NCBI GenBank assembly: GCA_050300215.1
Contig: JBNKXG010000001.1
Span: 276,627 to 340,626 of the forward strand
From: Opitutaceae bacterium
GTDB taxonomy: Bacteria; Verrucomicrobiota; Verrucomicrobiia; Opitutales; Opitutaceae
Direction: 5' to 3'
DNA: 64,000 bases
The notes beneath the pieces are model-generated. The model saw only the letters and a program-made list of their open reading frames with translations, made no database searches and was not told the origin of the DNA. This document shows positions 56,274 to 64,000 of the stretch, piece by piece (within the stretch, counting starts at the first letter, position 1; each line of letters begins with the position of its first letter). A program made the position numbers and the translations under genes.

Positions 56274-57245
56274 TTACGTTTCTTTGTAGTTGAGCAGGTT
56301 TGGGTCGAGGAGAGCCGCTGCTGGCAGTCTTTTCTGGGCGAGGTCTGCTAACGCTTCGTCGACAAAGGGGTATCGAAAGAGGAAGCGTTGCTCGAGCAGT
56401 TTAGCGGGGATGGCGTAGCGGCTTTTTAGGGTAAGTTCCGTTTCGGTGCGCATGAGCCAGGCTGCTATTTCGAGGATGGGTTTTAGATGGGGAATGCCGA
56501 AGGTCCTGCCTACGCTTTCGCGTAGGATTTTCATGAATACGGTATTTCGTACTGGAGCGGGTGCAGTTACGTTTATGGCTCCGGCGAGTTCCTCGTTGTT
56601 TATGACGAATTCTATGGCTCGAACAAAATCTGTCTCGTGGATCCAGCTGACCATTTGTTGTCCGTGGCTGATCTTGCCGCCGAGCCCGAAGCGAGCGAGG
56701 CGGGCGAGGATCGGGTAGACGCTGTTTTTGCCGTGACCGAGTACCATGCTGGTACGCAGGGCGACGCGTCGGATCGATGGAAGGTCGGTGGCGAAGAAGG
56801 CGGCTTCCCAGGCTTTGCATACTTCGACGGAGAAACCGTGTCCGTGCTCGCCGGTGTAGTCGTCCATCGGCTTGTTCAAACTATGGTGGTAGGTGGTGGC
56901 GCTGGCGGCGTTGAGCCAAACGTTTGGGGGATTTTTTGCAGTTTGTAGGGCTTCAGCCAATACGCGGGTGGGGCGGGTTCGGCTTTCTAGGATTTTGTTT
57001 CGGTTTTGGCGATTGTAGCGGCAGTTGACCGATTTTCCGCAGAGGTTGACGAGGGCGGTGGCGTTTTCGAGTTCTGCGGTCCAGGGGCCAAGGGTTTCTC
57101 CCTCCCAAGCTACGAGGCGTCCGACTAGGGGGCGGGCATGCGTATCGCGAGTGAGGATGACGACTTGCCAGCTTTTTTGAGCGAAGTGGCGAGCGAGGGC
57201 TTGCCCGAGGAAACCGGTGCCACCGGCGATGATGAGCTTGTTCAT
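56274..57245 (-). CDS. TIGR01777-type NAD-dependent epimerase family protein (SDR39U1-like, C-terminal DUF1731)
   Basis: N-terminus MNKLIIAGGTGFLGQALARHF (Rossmann GxxGxxG), 323 aa. ATG at 57245 is preferred over the 22-codon extension. Confidence 0.85.
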   Translation of the reverse strand: MNKLIIAGGTGFLGQALARHFAQKSWQVVILTRDTHARPLVGRLVAWEGETLGPWTAELENATALVNLCGKSVNCRYNRQNRNKILESRTRPTRVLAEALQTAKNPPNVWLNAASATTYHHSLNKPMDDYTGEHGHGFSVEVCKAWEAAFFATDLPSIRRVALRTSMVLGHGKNSVYPILARLARFGLGGKISHGQQMVSWIHETDFVRAIEFVINNEELAGAINVTAPAPVRNTVFMKILRESVGRTFGIPHLKPILEIAAWLMRTETELTLKSRYAIPAKLLEQRFLFRYPFVDEALADLAQKRLPAAALLDPNLLNYKET

Positions 57246-57311
57246 GGTGATGGGGGGGAAGGTTGTGGGATGGTCGCTGGCTTCGGCCGTGAGCTCGGCC
57301 GAGCGGGACAA

Positions 57312-57338
57312 TGGCCGCTGGGACAGCGGCCGCTACCT
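57312..57338. repeat. 27-nt hairpin repeat TGGCCGCTGRGACAGCGGCCGCTACCT (copy 2)
   Basis: Matches 50988-51014 at 26 of 27 positions. Confidence 0.6.
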
Positions 57339-57348
57339 TGCTTGGGGG

Positions 57349-57723
57349 TTAGGTGGTGGCGGGGGCAGGTGGGAGGTGTTTTCTCTCTCCTTTGCGGACT
57401 TTGTTGATCATGCGCATGTTGAAGAAGTGGATGAGCCCGATGGTGAGAAGCTCGAGGCCGAGACGGTATCCGGCGACGTTGATCGCTTCTATGAAGGTTG
57501 TCGCTTCGAGGGCGTACTTGAGGCTGGTGCCGATGATGCCGAAGTTGAGCAGGTAGAAGCCGGTGTTGAGGAGGACGTTGATCGCGTCCGCGAGTTCCGG
57601 TTTTTCATGGAAGGCCTCCTCGAGGAAGGGGCGTCCGTGAACGCGAAGGACGCGTCCGACGTAGAGGGTCATGCCGACGGCGGCGACTAGGTATGCGAGA
57701 GTGGCGGTGAGTGTATAGTTCAT
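57349..57723 (-). CDS. Small integral membrane protein (about 4 TM), function unknown
   Basis: 124 aa with hydrophobic segments. It lies directly downstream of the GbsR-like regulator on the same strand. Confidence 0.6.
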   Translation of the reverse strand: MNYTLTATLAYLVAAVGMTLYVGRVLRVHGRPFLEEAFHEKPELADAINVLLNTGFYLLNFGIIGTSLKYALEATTFIEAINVAGYRLGLELLTIGLIHFFNMRMINKVRKGERKHLPPAPATT

Positions 57724-57795
57724 GACGATTTGATTTTATGTAATATTGAAATTTTCGGAAAATATTGAAAACAAGAGCGAAATAAAAAGCGGCTT

Positions 57796-58302
57796 TTAGA
57801 GCAGCTTGAGTATTTTCGGGAGAAGAGTGCTTTGCTCTTTGGAAGCAATCTTCTCCATGATGGAGTTTGCGAGCATGACGAAGTCGTTGAGGGCGGTGAG
57901 TTGTTTGTGGAGTTCTTGGGCTTCGAGGGACTGGAGGTCCTTGGAGCGGTCGATGCAGTCTTTGAGGACTTGGCTGGCGGGCTCGGTTTCGCGGCGTTTG
58001 CGTTCGCGGGCGACGGTGCAGAAAATCTTCCAGGTATCTTTCTCGGCCTCGTAGTGGTCCTTGCGTTCGCCTTTGACGATGACTTGGCGGATGAGGCCCC
58101 AGCTGACGAGGTCGCGCAGGTTGGTATTGGCGTTTCCGCGGCTGACGGAGAGCTCGGCCATGATCTGGTCGGTGGTAAGCGGCTTGGGCGAAACGAGCAG
58201 GAGGGCGTGGATCATGGCCATGCTGCGGTTGATGCCCCATTGGCTGCCAAGGGCGCCCCATTGGGTGACGAAGTCGTCTTTGATTTGCACTAGTTCGCTC
58301 AT
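57796..58302 (-). CDS. GbsR/MarR-family winged-helix transcriptional regulator
   Basis: FVTQWGALGSQWGINRSMAMIHALLLVSPKPLTTDQIMAELSVSRGNANTNLRDLVSWGLI matches the COG1510/GbsR-type pattern. Confidence 0.8.
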   Translation of the reverse strand: MSELVQIKDDFVTQWGALGSQWGINRSMAMIHALLLVSPKPLTTDQIMAELSVSRGNANTNLRDLVSWGLIRQVIVKGERKDHYEAEKDTWKIFCTVARERKRRETEPASQVLKDCIDRSKDLQSLEAQELHKQLTALNDFVMLANSIMEKIASKEQSTLLPKILKLL

Positions 58303-58310
58303 GTTTATGT

Positions 58311-58332
58311 ATTTTCAGAAAATACTGAAAAT
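58311..58332. promoter_or_regulatory. Dyad ATTTTCAG-N6-CTGAAAAT upstream of the GbsR-like gene (candidate autoregulatory operator)
   Basis: 8-bp perfect inverted arms lie 9-30 nt upstream of the start codon at 58302. A related ATTTTC-g-GAAAAT, flanked by direct AATATTGAAA repeats, lies at 57742-57770 before the membrane-protein gene. Confidence 0.45.
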
Positions 58333-58363
58333 TGAGAATGTCAAGTTTGGGATTGGGGAAATT

Positions 58364-58407
58364 GGGAGGAGGGGCGAGGGGCAAGGGACGAGGGGAGAGG
58401 GACGGGG
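58364..58407 (+). repeat. G-run tract (seven runs of G3-4) with quadruplex-forming potential
   Basis: GGGAGGAGGGGCGAGGGGCAAGGGACGAGGGGAGAGGGACGGGG. Confidence 0.5.
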
Positions 58408-58518
58408 TGATGGATCTGTTGGGTGAATCTCGTTAGTGTTTTTTTACCACAGATTGCTCGGATCTTTTTTGATGGATCTTATGGGGAAGATCGCGTCAAG
58501 AGCACGCTCCCACGATTG

Positions 58519-58962
58519 CTACAGGAAGGGGGTGAACTCTTCGGGGAAGGTGGTGATGGGGAGCTCCTTGATTCGTTCGCCGCTTGGGGAGAGGACGAGG
58601 AGGGTGGGGAAGCTGTGGACGTCGTACTTTTTCATGAAGGCTTCGCCTTCTTCGGATTCGTACTCGATACGGGCGAAGACGTAACGTTCATTGATCTTGG
58701 CCTGTACTTCGGGATTTGAGAATAGGTGCTTGTCGAGGCTGCGGCAGGTCGGGCACCAGATGGCGGACATGTCTGCGAGAACGAGTTTGTTTTCGGCTTT
58801 GGCCTGGGCGAGGGCTTCGGGGAGGCTGTGTCTCTCGAGGGTCATTTCTTCCAGGACGCTTTGTCCGAGTCGCGTTTGCACTTCGACGTTGATGAAATAG
58901 GCGGCGATGACGATGGCTGCGAAGACGGCGTATTTGATCCAAGGAGATTTCTTTTCTGGCAT
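58519..58962 (-). CDS. Membrane-anchored thioredoxin-fold protein
   Basis: N-terminal TM and active-site-like WCPTC within a thioredoxin-like domain, 147 aa. Confidence 0.8.
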   Translation of the reverse strand: MPEKKSPWIKYAVFAAIVIAAYFINVEVQTRLGQSVLEEMTLERHSLPEALAQAKAENKLVLADMSAIWCPTCRSLDKHLFSNPEVQAKINERYVFARIEYESEEGEAFMKKYDVHSFPTLLVLSPSGERIKELPITTFPEEFTPFL

Positions 58963-59107
58963 GGCTAGGCGGGATTGGCTGTGGGAAGGACGAACGGAGT
59001 GCTGATTGGGATGCGAGGCAAACGAGTTTGTTGGATCGACTGCAGGGAATTCTTAATGGAAAGTTAACCATTGCCAAGCGAGAGTCTGCTCGAACAATGG
59101 CCGCGAA

Positions 59108-59545
59108 ATGAAAGACAAGCTCAAGGAACTTCATCAAAAAGCCCGAATCGCTCGCGACCCTGCAGCGATCGAGGCCTACGGCGCTGCATTGGCGGCAATT
59201 CAGGAGGGCGAAGTGAGAGCCAACGAGGACTTTTCGGAAGCGAAAGTACTGTCGGTCGTAGAAAAGGAAGCCGGCAAGTTCGCCGAGTCTGCAGCCGCTT
59301 TCGAGAAGGCCGGTCGCGAGGACAAGGCTGCGGAGATCGCCCAGAGGGCGGATCTGTTGGAAGCGCTGCTTCCTGCCAAGCTGGAAGCGGACGCTTATCC
59401 GAAGCTGATCGCGGATGCGGTCGAGGCTACTGGAGCGTCTTCGATGCGCGACATGGGCGCGGTGATGGCTAAGCTGAAGGCGGACATCGGTTCCGCTCTC
59501 GACATGAAGCTCGCATCGGCCGAGGTGAAGAAGGTCCTCGGGTAG
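59108..59545 (+). CDS. GatB/YqeY domain protein
   Basis: 145-aa helical protein: ...VLSVVEKEAGKFAESAAAFEKAGREDKAAEIAQRADLLEALLP...MGAVMAKLKADIGSALDMKLASAEVKKVLG. Confidence 0.85.
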   Translation: MKDKLKELHQKARIARDPAAIEAYGAALAAIQEGEVRANEDFSEAKVLSVVEKEAGKFAESAAAFEKAGREDKAAEIAQRADLLEALLPAKLEADAYPKLIADAVEATGASSMRDMGAVMAKLKADIGSALDMKLASAEVKKVLG

Positions 59546-59666
59546 GCCTTTTTTTGTTTCTTTTCCGCGAGCAGTGGAAATTGCTCCTGTGGCGTGGCGC
59601 CATTTGACCAGCTCGTGGCCTGCGGCGAACGCCAGCCCTGCATTGGGAATTTGGTCGAAAGCCTTG

Positions 59667-61439
59667 TTAGGCTTTGGGCTCCATTTTAACGGCGACGAGG
59701 CAAATATCGTCGTCGAACTCTTCGGTTCCAGCGGTGAGTCGTAGAGCGGACTTTATGGTTTTTAGCTGGTTCGCTAGATCGTCGCCTTGGTTGTTTAGGA
59801 GGATTTCCTCGAGTTTCTTTATGCCGAACTCGTTGCCCATGGCGTCTTTTTGTTCGATGATCCCGTCGGTGTAGAGAAGGAACTCGGTGGTTTCGTAGCA
59901 GGTGAATTCGTGTCGAGGGAAGTCTTGGTCTGGGATGAGGCCGAGGGCGGGGCCGATTTCGCCGGCGGGGCAAGGCTCGAAAATCTCGCGGCCGTTGGCG
60001 TCTCTGGTTTTCCAGAGCGGGCCGGGGTGCCCGGCATTTGCGACGCGGGCTTCTCCGGATTCCAGGTCTAGGGTGAGGTAGACTGCAGTGGTGAAACGGG
60101 GGAATTCCTGGTCTTCTGCCAGCGAGCAGAGGCGTTTGTTCAATTGTCCGAGCACTCTTCCGGGTTGGTCGAGTATGCTGGCGAATTCGGAAGTCAAGCC
60201 GCGCAGGAGCATGGTGACGAGGGCGGCTTTCACGCCGTGCCCCATGACGTCGCAAACGAGTATGCCGATCTTGGTCTCGGATACTTGAATAAGGTCGAAG
60301 AAGTCTCCCGCCAGGTGGTGGCTCGGCTTGTAGAAGTAGCTAGAGCTGAGGGTCCAATTCGTACCAACTCTTGAATACTGGCGATGCTCGTCGAAGCCCA
60401 TGGACATCAAGGTCTCTTGGAGTTGGCGAGCTACGAGGAGTTCGGCTTCGAACTGGGCGTTTTTGCCGCGGAGTTCTTCGGATAGCTGGCGCGCTTCCTC
60501 TTCCGCTCTCTTTTGTTCCGTGATGTCGTAGGTCATGCCTACGATGCCTTCGATGACTCCTTCTCGGCCGCGGAGCGGTACTTTGGAGGTTACGATCCAG
60601 CTGTCCTTCTTGAATACGCTTAGGTCGAAATCTATTTTGTTGAGGACGGGGGTGCCCTTTTGGCAGATCCGGTCATCCTCGCTCTGGATCTTGGCAACTC
60701 TTTTTTCGTCGCTGAATTCCGACAGGGTGTGTCCGATTATCTGATCTGCTGAATTGATGCCTAAGGCAGTCTTGTAGGTCTGGTTGGCGAGGACGAAGCG
60801 ATGCTCGAGGTCTCTGACGAATATGCGGCAAGGCAGGATGTCTATGATCGCCTTGAGCAGGTTTCGCTGTCGCTTGACCTCTTGTTCGGCGAGGTAGCGG
60901 GTCGTAATATCTCGGGAAATGCCGAAGGTCCCTTGGATTTGCCCTTCTTTGTTGAACAGGGGGAGTTTACTGGAAATGACGAATCGCTGCAGGATGTCGT
61001 TCTTGATGTGTTCTTCTTCGTGCAGGCTGTAGCCCACGCCGGTGGCAATGATTTCCTGCTCTTCCTGGAACTGCACTTTGGCCAGTTCTTCAGGGAAAAA
61101 GTCGAAGTCGGACAAGCCGATGGCGTCATTGGGGTCTTCGAGCCCGAGGAATCGGGCTTGGGCGCGATTGACGCAGGTGAAGCGGCTGCGCGTATCCTTG
61201 AAATAGACGTTGTCCGGCAGGTTGTCCATTAACTGCCAGAAGAGCATGTCTGGGTCGGCGGTGTGCTTGCTTTCGTATTTTCCGTGGTTGGACCCTGCGA
61301 TCACGGCTCCTTGTATCGCGCTCCTCAACTGGGCTATGCTGAAGGTGGCTTTCTGTTCCGGGGGGGAGGAGCGATCCGTGCCCAGTATGACGGCAGAAAG
61401 GGATTTTGGATATGATAGATTGTCCGATTCCGGAATCAT
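59667..61439 (-). CDS. PAS-domain sensor fused to a PP2C/SpoIIE-type serine phosphatase (RsbU-like)
   Basis: Tandem PAS-like segments (FWQLMDNLPDNVYFKD..., LKAIIDILPCRIFVRD...) and a coiled linker precede the C-terminal SpoIIE domain (GDFFDLI..., LVCDVMGHGVKAAL, YTDGIIE). Confidence 0.88.
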   Translation of the reverse strand: MIPESDNLSYPKSLSAVILGTDRSSPPEQKATFSIAQLRSAIQGAVIAGSNHGKYESKHTADPDMLFWQLMDNLPDNVYFKDTRSRFTCVNRAQARFLGLEDPNDAIGLSDFDFFPEELAKVQFQEEQEIIATGVGYSLHEEEHIKNDILQRFVISSKLPLFNKEGQIQGTFGISRDITTRYLAEQEVKRQRNLLKAIIDILPCRIFVRDLEHRFVLANQTYKTALGINSADQIIGHTLSEFSDEKRVAKIQSEDDRICQKGTPVLNKIDFDLSVFKKDSWIVTSKVPLRGREGVIEGIVGMTYDITEQKRAEEEARQLSEELRGKNAQFEAELLVARQLQETLMSMGFDEHRQYSRVGTNWTLSSSYFYKPSHHLAGDFFDLIQVSETKIGILVCDVMGHGVKAALVTMLLRGLTSEFASILDQPGRVLGQLNKRLCSLAEDQEFPRFTTAVYLTLDLESGEARVANAGHPGPLWKTRDANGREIFEPCPAGEIGPALGLIPDQDFPRHEFTCYETTEFLLYTDGIIEQKDAMGNEFGIKKLEEILLNNQGDDLANQLKTIKSALRLTAGTEEFDDDICLVAVKMEPKA

Positions 61440-62156
61440 GCTCGGTGTAATGTACGCAGTGACCTGCGCTTGCCAAGTAGGGATATGTCAAAAAAAGCAA
61501 AATCCGCGATCTCCTTGGATCAATTGTGAGCGTATCAACAAAATTGTGACAATCTTGAAATATTTTTGGAAGGAGGGCTGATAGGCTCGGTTTTGACAGG
61601 CTTCGCGAGAATTGTTTCCCTTGCTCGGGTATTGATTCACTGAGCTGACCGGGGGCGGAGCCGATTGGCCGGAGTGGACTGGGTCCAGTGGCGACGATGC
61701 AGAGTTCGCTCGATAGGCGGGTTAGACGCCCTCGCCTAGAGGGTGGCGAGGAGGAAGGCTCCGCTTCGCTTGGGGCGAAAGGTGACTCCTTGTCTCGCAC
61801 TTTAAGTCTGTGGCGCGTTTTCCTTCGGGGAGGGTTGAGGCTCGCGAAGGTTTTCCCGTTAAATGGAAGGCTTGAGTATCCGCCGATTCACTACGATCTG
61901 GATTCTGCGTTTCGGTCCGCTGTCGCTTGGAGGTCGGGGTTGCTCGAACTTGCCTTGGCGGTAGAGGCTCGAACTCGGGCACACGGATCCTTGGCTCTCG
62001 GCTGGGGCTTGAAAACGCTCTCGCGAGAGCGCCGTAAATCCTCCCCGCCGGGGTATTCAATAATGTGGGACGGGTGCTTGACGCACGTCTTAATTGCCCG
62101 GCGGAGCGGCCGATCCACCACCAAGTGGACGCCGCAGTGAGCCGTGGAGAAGCCGG

Positions 62157-62933
62157 TTACTTGCCGGCTGTAAAGCTGTTGCCCGTGGCGGCCCAATAGA
62201 TGCCGCCGAAGATATGGTGCATGAAATCGGCATCGGAGTAGGTGCCGGGCAAGTGCCCTAGGGCCGTGTAGAAGGCGCGGCCGCCTTCGTACTCCTTATA
62301 CCAGCTGACCGGGTGGAATTCGCCCATGCCTACGCCCTTTCTCGAGCCCCAGTCCGCTTCGGGGCGGTAGGTTTTTTCGTCGACGCTGAGCAGGTAGTGC
62401 AAGTCGTCGGTGCGCGGCGCGTCAAACTCGTACCATTCCTCGGTGAAGAGGAATCGCGGAGCGAATCGATCCATGCCGGGAAAGTTTGGCTCTTCGACTT
62501 TGATGACTCCGGTTTGCACGGCGGGGTGGATGTGGAACATGTGGCCGACCATTTTGGTGTACCAGTCCCATTCGTATTCCGTGTCCGACGCGCTATGGAT
62601 GCCTACGAAGCCGCCGCCATTGTTGATGTATCGTTCGAAGGCGGCCTGTTGTTCATCGTTTAAGATATTGCCGGTTGTGAGAAGGAAAATGACGACGTCG
62701 TACGTTTTGAGGGATTCGTCGTTCATCACGCGTCCGGCGTCTTCTGTCCAGAACACGCTGAAATCGTGCAGCTTTGCGAGCTCTTGGATGGCGGTTACGC
62801 CTGCGTTGATCGAGTCGTGGTGCCACCCGTCGGTTTTGGTGAAAAGCAGAACTCTAAACTGCTCGGCGAAGCAGGAACTGTAAGAAAAGGCAGCCACGAG
62901 GACTAGGGTTTTTGCGATTTTTCCAAGGGTCAT
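62157..62933 (-). CDS. ThuA domain protein (class-I glutamine amidotransferase-like fold), secreted
   Basis: Signal peptide, followed by FRVLLFTKTDGWHHDSI...VVIFLLTTGNILNDEQQAAFERYINNGGGFVGIHSA. Confidence 0.88.
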   Translation of the reverse strand: MTLGKIAKTLVLVAAFSYSSCFAEQFRVLLFTKTDGWHHDSINAGVTAIQELAKLHDFSVFWTEDAGRVMNDESLKTYDVVIFLLTTGNILNDEQQAAFERYINNGGGFVGIHSASDTEYEWDWYTKMVGHMFHIHPAVQTGVIKVEEPNFPGMDRFAPRFLFTEEWYEFDAPRTDDLHYLLSVDEKTYRPEADWGSRKGVGMGEFHPVSWYKEYEGGRAFYTALGHLPGTYSDADFMHHIFGGIYWAATGNSFTAGK

Positions 62934-63230
62934 AATGTGGAGGATTCCGAGCAGAAATTGGTCTTTAGGGCGACGGGAAATTCGCGGAGAAGTGTTCTTA
63001 CAAATTCACCGCATTGCTGAGCGCCTCGGAGAGGCGGTTGGGGCGATTGAGGTGGTTCAAGCACGACGAATTTCAAAGGATGGAGATGATTTGGGAATTT
63101 GTCCACTTTTCAAGCGGGTTGAGGAGACCGCTGGAGCTTCGCTCTTTGGCGTCTTGCTAGGGAAAGTGCGATAAACGTCGTTTACGTCTCGATCTCGAAT
63201 CGGCTCGGAGTAACGTGGTTCCTTTTCTCT

Positions 63231-64000
63231 ATGGTTTCTCCTATTTCGACTCCTGATCGCAGATTCTGCCCAGCTCTTGGTTCATCGATTACCGTACAAC
63301 GTTGCGTCGCAGATCGTGTGCGCGAACTCAAGTGCCCGATGACGTGTCCTTTCAATCCCTTCAATGCCGATGCGCCTAAAGCCTTCGATGCGATTGTGGG
63401 CAAGGGGCTCGCGGTCGCGTCGCGTTGGCTTGAAAAGAAGGTGGGGCCGGACGAGTGGGCTCGCCGCTTCGATGCCATGGATCGCAGGTTCGCCCCCGAG
63501 CGCGATTTGCCCTTGATCGCCTATGAAACGCAGTGGGCGCTGCTTAATCTCGCTTTGGAAGGTCGCGGTTTTCCTGAGGTCAGAAAAGCGCTCGAGGACG
63601 CGGAAGATTTGAGCCTGAAGAATGATGCGCGGCTGGTATTCGAAAAATTGGCGCAGAGTAGGGCTTTGTTGGTGCAAGTTGCGGAAGCGGACGGGTCTTT
63701 GCCGTATTATCGGGTAAGGGACGTTTTCAATCCGGAGGACGAATACTTGTATGTCGATTTTGGAGACCAGGAGCCGCTTGAGCGAGGGGCGCTTATGTTT
63801 GGTCGATTCCTCGTGCATGAAAATTGCATCTATGTGATCCCCGGGGTTTTTGTGGGGACCGGAGAGGTTCTCGGCCCGATCGTGGACTCGATTATCGAGT
63901 TTTTGGATACCGAGCCGTCGCTCGCCAACGAGGCGATGCTTGGCTCTTTGCCGGAGGTTTGGAATCTTTGTACGGCCATCCAGGATGAATTCGATGGAGT
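63231..64000 (+). CDS. Hypothetical protein, partial (runs off the right edge), Cys-rich N-terminus
   Basis: Hand translation from ATG at 63231 gives MVSPISTPDRRFCPALGSSITVQRCVADRVRELKCPMTCPFNPFNADAPKAFDAIVGKG...LVHENCIYVIPGVFVGTGEVLGPIVDSII.... There is no stop before position 64000. The listed minus-strand ORFs here are antisense shadows. Confidence 0.55.
   Translation, partial: MVSPISTPDRRFCPALGSSITVQRCVADRVRELKCPMTCPFNPFNADAPKAFDAIVGKGLAVASRWLEKKVGPDEWARRFDAMDRRFAPERDLPLIAYETQWALLNLALEGRGFPEVRKALEDAEDLSLKNDARLVFEKLAQSRALLVQVAEADGSLPYYRVRDVFNPEDEYLYVDFGDQEPLERGALMFGRFLVHENCIYVIPGVFVGTGEVLGPIVDSIIEFLDTEPSLANEAMLGSLPEVWNLCTAIQDEFDG

Noticed and set aside
61440-62156. Possible tmRNA or RNase P RNA in the large non-coding region (a ...CCACCACCA stretch, TTCGAG-like motifs, GAGGAGGAAGGCTCC).
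   Set aside because: For tmRNA I found no acceptor-stem/T-arm pairing, no GGGG 5' partner and no plausible Ala-rich tag frame. For RNase P, the conserved GGAAAGTCCGGGC and ACAGAACCCGGCTTA blocks are absent on both strands. I keep the region as an unassigned structured region only.
1-64000. Search for tRNA, rRNA, CRISPR arrays, transposases, integrases, phage genes or toxin-antitoxin/defence cassettes.
   Set aside because: None were recognised by eye. I saw no regularly spaced direct repeats, no T-arm GTTCGA(A/G)TC contexts with matching acceptor stems, and no DDE, tyrosine or serine recombinase motifs in any listed ORF.

Overview
This 64-kb chromosomal window is high in GC (roughly 55-60% by eye, not computed). 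I found no rRNA, tRNA, CRISPR array, transposase or prophage genes. The gene content and fusions, together with a set of short repeats confined to intergenic DNA, suggest a PVC-superphylum genome (Verrucomicrobiota, Opitutae-like). The fusions are LpxC/FabZ and MurC/MurB. This taxonomic guess is tentative.

The window has four parts:
- **1-19.3 kb, housekeeping and accessory genes.** This part holds a partial EEP nuclease/phosphatase, a Ski2-like helicase, a CPBP protease, a PpiD-like chaperone, a YihY/BrkB protein, argS, thymidine phosphorylase, lpxC-fabZ, lpxA, hisI, a Cache-domain chemoreceptor, a HAD hydrolase and a DUF971 protein.
- **19.3-39.3 kb, a complete and tightly coupled dcw cluster on the + strand.** The order is mraZ-rsmH-ftsL-ftsI-murE-murF-mraY-murD-(LysM)-ftsW-murG-murC/B-ddl-ftsQ-ftsA-ftsZ. 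Its leader carries a textbook MraZ operator (TGGGG x3 at 10-bp phase) and two perfect DnaA boxes.
- **39.4-55.3 kb, minus strand.** A second chemoreceptor and a Nif11-like small protein are followed by a ten-gene nitrogen-scavenging locus. The locus encodes an ABC transporter, a creatininase-like enzyme, a type-III/GmaS-like glutamine synthetase homolog, a NikR-family regulator, two DUF1989 proteins, a urea/guanidine carboxylase and allophanate hydrolase.
- **55.6-64 kb, small accessory genes.** This part also contains a roughly 700-nt structured GC-rich region with no convincing ORF.

The most interesting candidate is the carboxylase locus. It has extra enzymes not found in the described urea/guanidine carboxylase module. 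I could not find a guanidine riboswitch. Its NikR-like regulator keeps only 1 of 4 nickel ligands by my manual alignment, and two matching dyad operators (TAWTACG-N12-CGTAWTA) sit in front of the two transcription units.

All functional calls come from motif recognition in the supplied translations. No database search was run.
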